Shown here in pieces: positions 18,032 through 30,979 of a stretch of DNA of 38,794 nt. The DNA is taken from positions 1-38,794 of the forward strand of contig JAZDCY010000064.1 in the NCBI GenBank assembly GCA_036679645.1, in the 5' to 3' direction. The translations under genes were made by a program, and so were the position numbers. Source of the DNA: Gemmatimonadota bacterium (GTDB taxonomy: Bacteria > Gemmatimonadota > Gemmatimonadetes > Gemmatimonadales > GWC2-71-9). The notes under the pieces were generated by a model that saw only the letters and a program-made list of their open reading frames with translations, was not told the DNA's origin and ran no database searches. The stretch's first letter is position 1, and each line of letters opens with the position of its first letter.

Positions 18032-19048
18032 GTGACCGTCCCAACGAAACAACGCTCCCGTGCGGTGCCGAGCCCTCCGTTGCCGAGGGCGCACCCCGCA
18101 AGACACCGGAATCCGGGCACCGCGCTCGACCTCGATTGGGTGCGCCAGATCCGGGTCAATCGCAGCGCGGTCGAGCGTCGCGCCGCGACCATTCCGCGCC
18201 GGCGCTCGGTCAAGCAGGACTGGCAAGCGGCGTGGCTGCTCCGCGCGGTTACCTGCATCGATCTGACCACGCTGTCCGGGGACGATACGCCCGGCACCGT
18301 GCGGCGTCTATGTGCGAAGGCGCGCCAGCCGGTACGACCGGACATTCTCGCCGGGCTCGGCGTAGGAGATCGTGTCCTGCACGTTGGTGCGGTATGCGTG
18401 TACCATAGTTTCGTCGATACGGCGGTGGCTGCGCTCGAAGGATCGGGTATTCCGGTTGCCGCTGTCTCGACCGGATTCCCGGCGGGACTGGGCCCGTTCC
18501 GGCAGCGACTGGCGGAGATCGGCGAGTCCGTTGCCGCGGGCGCCGGCGAGATCGACATCGTAATCACGCGGGCCCACGTGCTCACGGGGGACTGGCTGGC
18601 TCTCTACGACGAGGTCCGTGCGTTTCGCGATGCGTGCGGCCCCGTGCACATGAAGACTATCCTCGCCACAGGTGAACTTGGACCGTTCCGCAACGTGGCT
18701 CGTGCCAGCGCTGTCTGCATGATGGCAGGAGCGGATTTCATCAAGACGTCCACCGGCAAGGAACGGGTGAACGCCACACTGCCCATCGGACTCGTGATGA
18801 GCCGCATGATCCGCGACTATCGCGAGCGCACCGGTTCTCGGGTGGGCTTCAAGCCGGCGGGCGGGATACGCACGGCGCGGGTGGCGCTCGACTGGCTCCT
18901 CATGATGAAGGACGAACTCGGGACGGATTGGGTGAAGGGCGACCTGTTCCGATTCGGTGCAAGCTCGCTCTTGACCGATATCGAGCGTCAACTCGAACAC
19001 AATCTCACGGGACGGTACTCTGCATCGTTCCGCCACCCGATGGCCTGA
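18032..19048 (+). CDS. deoC: Deoxyribose-phosphate aldolase (long, DERA-like type)
   Basis: IDLTTLSGDDT, AVCVY, EIDIVI, KTILATGEL, GADFIKTSTGK, GFKPAGGI, RFGASSLL. Start uncertain (GTG 18032 or 18065). Confidence 0.93.
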   Translation: MTVPTKQRSRAVPSPPLPRAHPARHRNPGTALDLDWVRQIRVNRSAVERRAATIPRRRSVKQDWQAAWLLRAVTCIDLTTLSGDDTPGTVRRLCAKARQPVRPDILAGLGVGDRVLHVGAVCVYHSFVDTAVAALEGSGIPVAAVSTGFPAGLGPFRQRLAEIGESVAAGAGEIDIVITRAHVLTGDWLALYDEVRAFRDACGPVHMKTILATGELGPFRNVARASAVCMMAGADFIKTSTGKERVNATLPIGLVMSRMIRDYRERTGSRVGFKPAGGIRTARVALDWLLMMKDELGTDWVKGDLFRFGASSLLTDIERQLEHNLTGRYSASFRHPMA

Positions 19049-19055
19049 AGCGGAC

Positions 19056-21467
19056 ATGACAAGAGTCGCCGAAATCTTCGAGACGATGGAGTACGGGCCC
19101 GCACCGGAAAGTGCCGAGCAGGCGCAGCTTTGGCTGGAAGCGCGCGAGCGGCAGTTCCGGCTCTTCATCGGCGGCGCGTGGCGTGATCCGGCAGACGGCG
19201 AGTACTTCGAGACGATCAATCCCGCGACCGCGCAGTCGATTGCTCGAGTAGCGCAGGCTGGAGCGTCGGACGTCGATCGTGCGGTGACCGCCGCGCGCGA
19301 CGCGCTGAAGAGCTGGCGCGGGCTCGGTGCGCACGGCCGCGCGCGATACCTCTATGCCATTGCGCGGCACGTGCAGAAACATTCCCGTCTTTTCTCCGTG
19401 CTCGAGTCGATGGATAATGGCAAGCCGATCCGCGAGTCGCGAGACATCGATATCCCGCTGGTCGTCCGGCATTTCTACCATCACGCTGGGTGGGCGGAGT
19501 TGTTCGACACGGAGTTCGCGGGCTACGAACCGGTCGGAGTCGTCGGACAGATCATTCCGTGGAACTTCCCGTTGCTCATGCTGGCGTGGAAGATCGCGCC
19601 CGCGCTTGCGATGGGAAACACCGTCGTGCTCAAACCGGCGGAGTTCACGTCGCTCACCTCGCTCCTGTTTGGTGAGCTGTGTGCCGATATCGGACTCCCA
19701 GCGGGAGTCGTGAACGTGGTGACCGGTGACGGGCGCACCGGCGAGTTGCTGGTCAAGCACGATGACGTCGACAAGATCGCGTTCACGGGCTCGACCGAGG
19801 TCGGTCGCATCATTCGGACAACGACGGCCGGCTCGGGAAAGCGATTGTCGCTCGAGTTGGGAGGGAAATCGCCGTTCATCGTTTTCGAGGACGCCGATCT
19901 CGACGGCGTGGTCGAGGGCGTTGTCGATGCGATCTGGTTCAACCAGGGCCAGGTCTGCTGCGCAGGGTCACGGATTCTGGTACAGGAAGGCATCGCGGAG
20001 CGGCTAGTCACGAAGCTGCGCGCGCGGATGGAGACGCTGCGCGTTGGGGATCCGCTGGACAAGGCGGTCGACATCGGCGCGATCGTGGCACCGGTGCAAC
20101 TCGAGAAGATCCAACAGCTGGTCCAGCAGGGGCGAGAGGAGGGGGCCGAGATCTGGCAGCCCTCATGGAGCGCACCGAAGGAGGGCTACTTCTTCCCGCC
20201 GACCCTGTGCACCAACGTGTCACAAGCCGCTACCATCGCACAGGTCGAGATCTTTGGTCCAGTCGTGGTGCTGATGACGTTCCGCACGCCTACGGAAGCG
20301 CTGGAACTGGCCAACAACACGCGGTATGGACTTGCCGCAAGCATCTGGACGGAGAACATTAACCTTGCGCTCGATGTGGCTCCGAAGGTGAAGGCGGGCA
20401 CGGTGTGGATCAACTGCACGAACGTGTTCGATGCGGCATCGGGCTTTGGCGGATATCGGGAGAGCGGATACGGGCGTGAGGGGGGGAAAGAGGGGTTGTG
20501 GGAGTATGTGAAAGCGGGAGGGCGAGAAGGCGGGAAGGCGGGAAGTGAAACCGATGAGGCGAGTTCGTCGGAAGCAGATTCACAGAGGAGCGCCATCCCG
20601 CCATCCCGCCATCCCGCCCTCCCACCTATAGACCGCACCGCCAAGCTCTACATCGGCGGAAAACAGGCGCGGCCGGATCAAGGTTACAGCATCGTGATCC
20701 ACGGGACGGACGGGACACCGGTGGGTGAGGTCGGTCACGGGAACCGCAAGGATATGCGCAACGCCGTCGAAGCCGCCCGGCAAGCGGAGAATGGGTGGGC
20801 CCGTGCGACCGCGCACAATCGCGCTCAGATCCTCTACTACATTGCCGAGAACCTCGCCGCGCGCGAGGACGAATTCGTCGGCCGTCTCTCCCATTCGGTG
20901 AACGAACAGAGCGCACGGTCCGAGGTGGAGCTGACCATCCGTCGGCTGTTCACCTATGCGGCGTGGGCCGACAAGTGGGACGGACTGGTTCATCACACCC
21001 CGTTCCGAAACGTCACGCTGGCTATGCCAGAGCCAATTGGTGTGATGGGTATCGTCTGTCCGGAGCGCCCCTCGCTCCTAGGCTTGGTATCGGCGGTCGC
21101 GCCATCGGTCGCCATGGGCAACACCACCGTCGTGATTCCCTCGGAGCCGTTCCCGCTCGCCGCAACCGATTTCTACCAAGTGCTGGAGACCTCCGACCTA
21201 CCGGGGGGTGTGATCAATATCGTGACGGGGATGCGCGACGAGCTTGCGGAGGTGCTGGCCGCGCACGACGACGTGGACGGGATGTGGTACTTCGGTTCGG
21301 CGGAGGGGAGTGGAACCGTCGAGCGTCTTTCGGTTGGCAATATGAAGCGGACGTGGGTCGACTACGGTCAGCCACGAGAGTGGGCGGATGCTCATCATGG
21401 AGAGGGTGAGGAATTCCTTCGGGAGGCGACACATGTCAAGAACATCTGGATTCCGTACGGCGAGTAA
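19056..21467 (+). CDS. Aldehyde dehydrogenase with C-terminal partial second ALDH domain (ALDH16-like)
   Basis: IIPWNFP, LKPAE, FTGSTEVG, LELGGK, GQVCCAG, EIFGPV, then a linker and a second non-catalytic half ending KNIWIPYGE. Follows deoC by 7 bp. Confidence 0.93.
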   Translation: MTRVAEIFETMEYGPAPESAEQAQLWLEARERQFRLFIGGAWRDPADGEYFETINPATAQSIARVAQAGASDVDRAVTAARDALKSWRGLGAHGRARYLYAIARHVQKHSRLFSVLESMDNGKPIRESRDIDIPLVVRHFYHHAGWAELFDTEFAGYEPVGVVGQIIPWNFPLLMLAWKIAPALAMGNTVVLKPAEFTSLTSLLFGELCADIGLPAGVVNVVTGDGRTGELLVKHDDVDKIAFTGSTEVGRIIRTTTAGSGKRLSLELGGKSPFIVFEDADLDGVVEGVVDAIWFNQGQVCCAGSRILVQEGIAERLVTKLRARMETLRVGDPLDKAVDIGAIVAPVQLEKIQQLVQQGREEGAEIWQPSWSAPKEGYFFPPTLCTNVSQAATIAQVEIFGPVVVLMTFRTPTEALELANNTRYGLAASIWTENINLALDVAPKVKAGTVWINCTNVFDAASGFGGYRESGYGREGGKEGLWEYVKAGGREGGKAGSETDEASSSEADSQRSAIPPSRHPALPPIDRTAKLYIGGKQARPDQGYSIVIHGTDGTPVGEVGHGNRKDMRNAVEAARQAENGWARATAHNRAQILYYIAENLAAREDEFVGRLSHSVNEQSARSEVELTIRRLFTYAAWADKWDGLVHHTPFRNVTLAMPEPIGVMGIVCPERPSLLGLVSAVAPSVAMGNTTVVIPSEPFPLAATDFYQVLETSDLPGGVINIVTGMRDELAEVLAAHDDVDGMWYFGSAEGSGTVERLSVGNMKRTWVDYGQPREWADAHHGEGEEFLREATHVKNIWIPYGE
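20513..20626. repeat. Inverted repeat built from 8-bp tandem units, inside the ALDH linker
   Basis: Left arm agcgggag ggcgagaa ggcgggaa ggcgggaa (20513-20544); right arm atcccgcc x3 + ctcccacc (20595-20626). Confidence 0.75.
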
Positions 21468-22227
21468 ACTCCCGGCGGTAGCCATCGTCGTTGGCGCGGC
21501 AGTGGCGGGCTGCACCGGGAGCGAGAGCGAGGCGGGTATCCAGGCCATCCCCGTGCGCAACGCACGAGTGTCGACGAGCGGTGTAGCGGTCGCCATCATC
21601 AGCCCGCAGTCGGGCGAGGTCGTGGACAACCCGGTGCAGCTGGAATTGGTGCTCGCCGGGTTCGAGCTGGGGGTACCGACGGAAGGTGCCGATGAGCGTG
21701 GTATCAAGCTCGCCGAGAATGGTCAACACCTCCACGTCGTGGTGGACGACGAGCCGTACATGGCCGTCTACGACATCTCGCAGCCCGTGACCCTGCCGGA
21801 GTTGAGCCCTGGGCCGCACGCGGTGCGGGTCTTTCCGGCGCTGCAGTGGCACGAGAGCCTCAAGAGCCCGGGCACGTTCGAGGCGGCGCAGTTCCATGTT
21901 GGACAACAGAGCGGGGATCTCCCAATTCCCCCCGGGTCTCCGCTACTCACTTATAGCAGGCCGGTTGGGACCTACGTTGGTGCTGACGCAGATTCGATTC
22001 TTCTCGATTTTCTCGTACGTAACGCGCGTGTCGGGATTGGCGGGTACAAGGTCCGACTCTCGATAGACGGTGAGCATATCGACGATCTCACCGATCATGT
22101 GCCCTATTATCTCGTAGGACTACAGCCAGGCGAGCACAAAATCGAGTTGCAGCTGCGGGATGCGGGCGGACGCATCATTCGCGGTGCATTCAACACGACG
22201 AGCAGGACCATCACGGTCGAGCCGTAG
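21433..22227 (+). CDS. Hypothetical lipoprotein with two similar beta-rich, His-containing domains
   Basis: GGAGG RBS at 21422, ATG at 21433, lipobox VAGC; GQHLHVVVDDEPY, LSPGPHAVRVF and LQPGEHKIEL. Confidence 0.75.
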   Translation: MSRTSGFRTASKLPAVAIVVGAAVAGCTGSESEAGIQAIPVRNARVSTSGVAVAIISPQSGEVVDNPVQLELVLAGFELGVPTEGADERGIKLAENGQHLHVVVDDEPYMAVYDISQPVTLPELSPGPHAVRVFPALQWHESLKSPGTFEAAQFHVGQQSGDLPIPPGSPLLTYSRPVGTYVGADADSILLDFLVRNARVGIGGYKVRLSIDGEHIDDLTDHVPYYLVGLQPGEHKIELQLRDAGGRIIRGAFNTTSRTITVEP

Positions 22228-22239
22228 AAAGGTCCGCAG

Positions 22240-22566
22240 CTAGGGTTCGCGGCTCCGCTCGTAGGCCTCGATCCGCGCCGCAAGATTGCCGGGGACGGTC
22301 TTGAGAATGTCCCCGGTCGGCAAGACGTAGATCTTCACTACTAGGCTCAGGTGCAACCGGTTGGTTCGGTACGAGAAGACCCAGGCACGCGGGCGATCGG
22401 GGAGTTCTTCGACGCCCTTCCAGGCGAACGTGATATTGCGGTCGCCAAGCGGCCGTTCGTTGCCGATTAGCTGCCCCACCCTGGCGCGCGCGCCGGCATA
22501 CGATGCCGTGGCGAGTAGCGTCGCCGCGATGGCGAGCAGGACCAACAACTTCCCGAGTCGTTTCAT
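22240..22566 (-). CDS. Hypothetical exported or membrane-anchored protein (108 aa)
   Basis: MKRLGKLLVLLAIAATLLATASYAG signal-like start. The longer 283-aa ORF call overlaps the MTHFR-like gene. Confidence 0.65.
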   Translation of the reverse strand: MKRLGKLLVLLAIAATLLATASYAGARARVGQLIGNERPLGDRNITFAWKGVEELPDRPRAWVFSYRTNRLHLSLVVKIYVLPTGDILKTVPGNLAARIEAYERSREP

Positions 22567-22653
22567 ACGTCCCGGGACTACTAGTACGGTCGGGTCGTCG
22601 GGGCAAGCCCACCCGCTGGACGGCCGCATTCGCTGTTCGTAAGTTGCGACGCC

Positions 22654-23529
22654 ATGCCCACCCCTGGCCTCCCCCCCCGGCAGACGCCATCCGCGCTCCT
22701 GGTGCGGCTCGATGCATCCGACCCGCTCGTGGGGGTGGAGCTGCGGCCCCCACGAGCGGATCTGTCGGCGTCGGATAGCATGGATCGGTGGATCGATATG
22801 CAGCACGAGGTCGGCAGACTCGCCTCGCACGATACGATCATGTGGCTCACAGACAACGCGGTTGGGCAATCGGAGGAGGAGAATCTCCGGCATCTCGCCA
22901 CCAACTTGGCGACGGCCATCGATCCCGCCCGGGTCGTGCCGTTCCTCACCTGCAAACACACGCTCGAGTACTGCCTGCTCTACGCGGAGCGTGCAGCGTC
23001 GCACGGTTACGAGGCCGTGACTGTGTTGGGTGGTGACACATCCGTAGGCGCCCCGCGATGTGTACCGCACGCCTTTGAGCTCCGGCGCCACATTCGCAAG
23101 CGGCTGCCGTCACTGGTGCTGGGAGGGTGGGCCAATCCGCATCGAGATGCAGCTACACAGGTGGAGTACCTCCTGGCCGAGGAGTTCACCGCGGAGTTCT
23201 ATCTCACGCAGGTCGTGTCTCATCACCAGATCGATGCGGTCGAGCGGTTCGTGAACGAGGCCACTCGGCGCCACCTCGAGCTGCCCGGCGTGTTCGGCGT
23301 GTTCTACTACCGGTCGGCGAACCCCGAGACCCTCGAGCGTCTCTCCGCGTTCCTCCCGGTCCCTGTGACCGATGTCATTGCCGATTTTGCCGCCGGAGCG
23401 CCACCTCAGGAGATCTGCGCGCGCACGGTGCGGGCACTCCGCGCAGTGGGTGCGAAACGTGTGTATCTCGCGAATCTCGGATTGCGCCGGTCGGCGGAGC
23501 GGTATCGAAAGGTCGTCGAACTACTGTAG
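22654..23529 (+). CDS. Divergent methylenetetrahydrofolate reductase-like flavoprotein
   Basis: VELRPP, LTDN, PFLTCK, VLGGD, WANP and LTQ line up with MetF-family motifs. Confidence 0.7.
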   Translation: MPTPGLPPRQTPSALLVRLDASDPLVGVELRPPRADLSASDSMDRWIDMQHEVGRLASHDTIMWLTDNAVGQSEEENLRHLATNLATAIDPARVVPFLTCKHTLEYCLLYAERAASHGYEAVTVLGGDTSVGAPRCVPHAFELRRHIRKRLPSLVLGGWANPHRDAATQVEYLLAEEFTAEFYLTQVVSHHQIDAVERFVNEATRRHLELPGVFGVFYYRSANPETLERLSAFLPVPVTDVIADFAAGAPPQEICARTVRALRAVGAKRVYLANLGLRRSAERYRKVVELL

Positions 23530-23532
23530 CGA

Positions 23533-25370
23533 TCAGCTGGCTCCCAGTACTTCCAATGCCACATCGACTCGTCCGCGCGGCGCGCTCACCATCACCCCTT
23601 GGACATGCGGGGTGATGCAGTCGAACATCTCACGGGCGATTGCAATGCCCTCCTCGATGGCGGCGTCCTCGCCTCGTGCCTGCGCACCGCGCATGCGGGC
23701 AATGATGTCATCCGGCACGGTGACGCCGGGTATTTCGTTCGCGAGATACTCCGCGTTGCGTACCGAGGAGACTGGCCACACCGCACCGATCACGGGTATG
23801 CGGTACTCCGCTACACGCTCGAGGAATCGGTCGAGTTGCTCGGGATCGAAGATAGGCTGGGTGACCGCGAACTCCGCCCCGGCGTCCACCTTCCAGAACA
23901 TCCGCTTCGCCTCCACTTCCGGATGCACCGCGCCGGGGTTCATTGCGACGCCGATCACGTACTCGGTTGGTGCACCGATTGGGTTGCCCCCCGGATCGAC
24001 GCCATGGTTCAGCCGGTACACGACATTAGTCAGACCGATACTGTCGATGTCGAAGACGGCGGTCGCGTCGGGGTAGGGCCCGGCTGCAGGCGCATCGCCG
24101 GTGACGAGCAGCACGTTGCGGATCCCTGCTGCCGCAGCGCCGTACAGATCGCTCAGCATCCCCAGCATGTTGCGATCGCGACAAGTGTAGTGCATTACAG
24201 TCTCGATCCCCACCTCCCTCTCGACCAGAATCGCTGACGGCAGTGCGCCCATGCGGGCCTTCGCCCGCGGACCGTCCAGCAGGTTCACTGCGTCGAGACC
24301 AGCGTCCTTGAGCGTACGGCAGTTGGCGAGCAACTCACTAGAGTGCCAGCCCATGGGTGGCAGAAGCTCGACGCTGCGCACGAAGGTGCCGGCGGCGAGC
24401 TTCGCACCCCACGCCGATCGCTCGCCCATGGGGACAGGTGTGACTCCGGCCGGCGTGCGTACGGAGCTCTTGGGCAACACAACTACATTACTCAGACGTG
24501 GTTGGGTAGAGGCAACCTCGGAGCGGATGCGCTTGATATGCTCGGGCGTCGTCCCGCAACAGCCGCCCACAAATCGCGCACCCGCGTCGATCAGCCGGCG
24601 CGCGTACCGCGCCATGTACTCCGGACTGGCGAGATAGATCTTCCGATCACCGACCGTGCGGGGCAGGCCAGCGTTGGCTTGGACACACAGTGGTGTCTGG
24701 GTGACCTGGACCATGCGCTCGATCCCGGCGAGCATGCCCGCGGGTCCCACCGAACAATTGAGCCCGACCACGTCCGCCCCCCACTGCGAGACGGTCGTGG
24801 CAATTGTCTCGACGTCGGTCCCGTAAGGGGTCGTGCCGTCTTCCGTGATCGTCATCTGCGCGATCACAGGGAGATTCGAGCGGGAACGGACCGCGTCGTA
24901 GGCCGCCTTCAACTCGTTCAGATCGGCAAACGTCTCGAGTATGAATCCATCGACCCCGCCCTCCACCAATCCCTCCGCCTGCCGGGCGAAGTACGACATC
25001 GCTTCATCATACGAGGTCGGGCCGAATGGCTCGATACGGATCCCCAGCGGTCCGACTGCACCCACGATGTTGGCGGCCTCACCGGTGGCCTCGCGCGCTA
25101 GCAGCGCGGCCTCATGGTTGATTTCCTCGGTTCTGTCGTCCAATCCGTAGCTCGAGAGTTTCACCGGATTGGCACCAAAGGTGTTCGTCTCGATAATCTG
25201 TGCCCCGGCCTCGACGTAGTCGCAGTGGATTTCGCGAACGAGGTCAGGCCGCGTGAGATTCAACTCGTCGTAGCACACGTTGACGAAGACGCCACGGGTA
25301 TAGAGCATCGTGCCCATGGCGCCGTCGAGGACGGAAACCCGTCCGCTCTCGATCCGGTCGATCAGTGTCG

Positions 25371-25374
<4 letters not shown>
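23533..25374 (-). CDS. yitJ: Bifunctional homocysteine S-methyltransferase / MTHFR (YitJ-like)
   Basis: [30 protein letters not shown], then [35 protein letters not shown] overlap with the metH stop. Confidence 0.9.
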
Positions 25375-29081
<3,707 letters not shown>

Positions 29082-29118
29082 GGCTCCTTTGTAGGCGGCC
29101 GCTCACCGCTCACTGCAC

Positions 29119-29153
29119 AAAAAAAGAATCCCGCCGCCAAAAAGGACGCCGGG
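29119..29153 (-). terminator. Intrinsic terminator in the metH leader (riboswitch expression platform)
   Basis: Minus strand CCCGGCGTC-CTTTTT-GGCGGCGGG imperfect stem, then ATTC and T7. Confidence 0.65.
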
Positions 29154-29159
29154 GTCGGA

Positions 29160-29211
29160 CTTTTTAGCGATTTGTTTAGCGTGGCTGCAATAGGCCGCAA
29201 ATCACCACGGG
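29160..29211 (-). promoter_or_regulatory. SAM-II riboswitch aptamer
   Basis: Minus strand CCCGTGGTGATTTGCGGCCTATTGCAGCCACGCTAAACAAATCGCTAAAAAG: P1 CGTGG/CCACG with conserved TGATTT, TTGCA and GCTAAA elements; directly upstream of metH. Confidence 0.88.
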
Positions 29212-29437
29212 CTTCAATTGTCCAAGCAATATAGGGAATTGTGCCATTTCCCGAAAGTCACGCGCTGACAGGCGCCACTCCACGCGAGCTCAGGGTGCTG
29301 GCGATGTCGCTGCCGCGGCCGCAAATTGGCACCATCCCGGGCCAGGAGCGCATCATGACCGAGCCGAACGCCGAGGACCACGCTGTGGAGACTTTAGGGG
29401 CGCTGGGCGCGCGACCGGGTGGGGAGCTCTCGCGACG

Positions 29438-29905
29438 GTGAGCGGCCAGAAGAGCGACCCCGCTGCGGTGCCGCCCGACGACCTCGCAGCCCGCGTGCAG
29501 GCGAGTTTCGATCGTCAAAAGGTGATGAAGCTGATCGGCGCGAGCCTCTCTCGGGTGGACCGCGGCGAGGTCGAAATCGAGCTACCGTTTAGGCGCGAAC
29601 TCACGCAGCAGCACGGCTTTCTACATGCAGGGATCATCTCGACCATCCTCGACAGCGCGTGCGGCTACGCGGCGTATACTATGATGCCGCCTGAAGCGGC
29701 CGTGTTGTCTGTCGAGTACAAGGTGAACATGGTCTCGCCGGCCAATGGCGAGCGGTTTTTCGCCCGCGCGCGCGTGACGAAGGCGGGCCGCACGCTCACC
29801 GTTTGCAGCGGCGATGTGTTTGCCGAGCGGAACGGGAAGGAGAAGCTCGTGGCTACCATGCTCGCGACGATGATGACCGTCGACCGCGAGGGCCTGCGCG
29901 GCTAG
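29438..29905 (+). CDS. PaaI family (hotdog-fold) thioesterase
   Basis: LTQQHGFLHAGIISTILDSACGYAA, VLSVEYKVN, KAGRTLTV. Confidence 0.92.
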   Translation: MSGQKSDPAAVPPDDLAARVQASFDRQKVMKLIGASLSRVDRGEVEIELPFRRELTQQHGFLHAGIISTILDSACGYAAYTMMPPEAAVLSVEYKVNMVSPANGERFFARARVTKAGRTLTVCSGDVFAERNGKEKLVATMLATMMTVDREGLRG

Positions 29906-29930
29906 ATGGCCAAGCCTCAGCGGAGGGATC

Positions 29931-30977
29931 GTGCTCTTTGACTTCGTAGCAACACTGCAGCGTGCCGCGCAGCAATCGACCCCGTCGATGAGTACCATCA
30001 TCCAGGCAGTATGGCTCGCGCTCGTAATCATCCTTTTCGTGAGCGTGGTCACCGGTAGATTCACGGCCAGGAAGATCGACAATATTCACAATCCGACGTA
30101 CGCCAAGGCGTTTCTCGCTGTGTGTCTTGGGAGCGTCGGCGCTATCGCTGCGTGTCAGGACGGTGTGTCGGGCGGCACCGCTTTCAACGGGACGATCATG
30201 GTCGGCGTGTCGGAGCGGACCTTCACGTTCTTCGCGCCCGACTTCTCGGCGTCCGCCGGAGACGTGCCGCTCCTGCTCGTCTTCCATGGAGGCGGTAGCT
30301 CGGCCGCCGGCATGCAGCGGATCAGCGGATTCGAGGCATTTGCCAGGCGTGACGGGTTCGCGATCGCCTACCTTGACGCCCTCTTTGGGAACTGGGCGCA
30401 CGGCTGCGACTGCACGATCTCGGACAGTCTGGGTGTGGATGATGTGGGGTTCGCAACGACTCTGATCGACAGCCTCGCTGCCGCATTTCCGATCGACACT
30501 CGGCGGATCTATGCGGCGGGACTCTCTCAGGGCGGGTTGTTCGTGCACCGCCTGGCGTGCGAGGTCCCCGGTCGGTTTGCCGCTATTGGCAGTGTCGTGG
30601 CTCCGATATCCGAACCGATGTCTGCCCGTTGCACCCCTACGGAGCCAGTTGCCGTCCTCATCGCCATGGGCACGCTCGATCCGGTGATCCCGTATGAGGG
30701 AGGCGGTAGCGGAAATCGCGCCGTGTTGGGGGCGCAAGCGACTGCCGGCCGTTGGGTCGAATTGAACGGATGCACAGCCGGACCGGCCATTCGAGACGAG
30801 CCGGACGGGTTGAACGATGAGACGACGATGCGGCGCGAGTTGTGGTCCGACTGCGCGGGTGGTGTGGAGGTGGCGCTGTATACCATCGAGGGAGGTGTGC
30901 ATCAGTGGGAGGTAAGCGGGGACCGGCCCACGGCGTCTTTCCTGCTCGATTTCTTCCTCCCCCGTCAGCGGAGCTAG
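29931..30977 (+). CDS. LpqC/PHB-depolymerase-like esterase with an atypical N-terminal membrane segment
   Basis: PLLLVFHGGG, VDDVGF, RIYAAGLSQGG, GTLDPVIP, GGVHQW catalytic triad. Confidence 0.8.
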   Translation: MLFDFVATLQRAAQQSTPSMSTIIQAVWLALVIILFVSVVTGRFTARKIDNIHNPTYAKAFLAVCLGSVGAIAACQDGVSGGTAFNGTIMVGVSERTFTFFAPDFSASAGDVPLLLVFHGGGSSAAGMQRISGFEAFARRDGFAIAYLDALFGNWAHGCDCTISDSLGVDDVGFATTLIDSLAAAFPIDTRRIYAAGLSQGGLFVHRLACEVPGRFAAIGSVVAPISEPMSARCTPTEPVAVLIAMGTLDPVIPYEGGGSGNRAVLGAQATAGRWVELNGCTAGPAIRDEPDGLNDETTMRRELWSDCAGGVEVALYTIEGGVHQWEVSGDRPTASFLLDFFLPRQRS

Positions 30978-30979
30978 CC

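Noticed and set aside
20513..20626. CRISPR array or IS terminal inverted repeats
   Set aside because: Units are 8 bp with no unique spacers; no cas or transposase genes and no clear target-site duplication.
29225..29246. TGGCAC...TTGC on the minus strand upstream of the riboswitch as a sigma54 promoter
   Set aside because: GG-to-GC spacing is 16 nt, not 10. A TATATT -10 box is present but there is no convincing -35.
29082..29260. Cobalamin or SAM-I riboswitch upstream of metH
   Set aside because: No B12-box or S-box core is visible; the sequence matches SAM-II elements instead.
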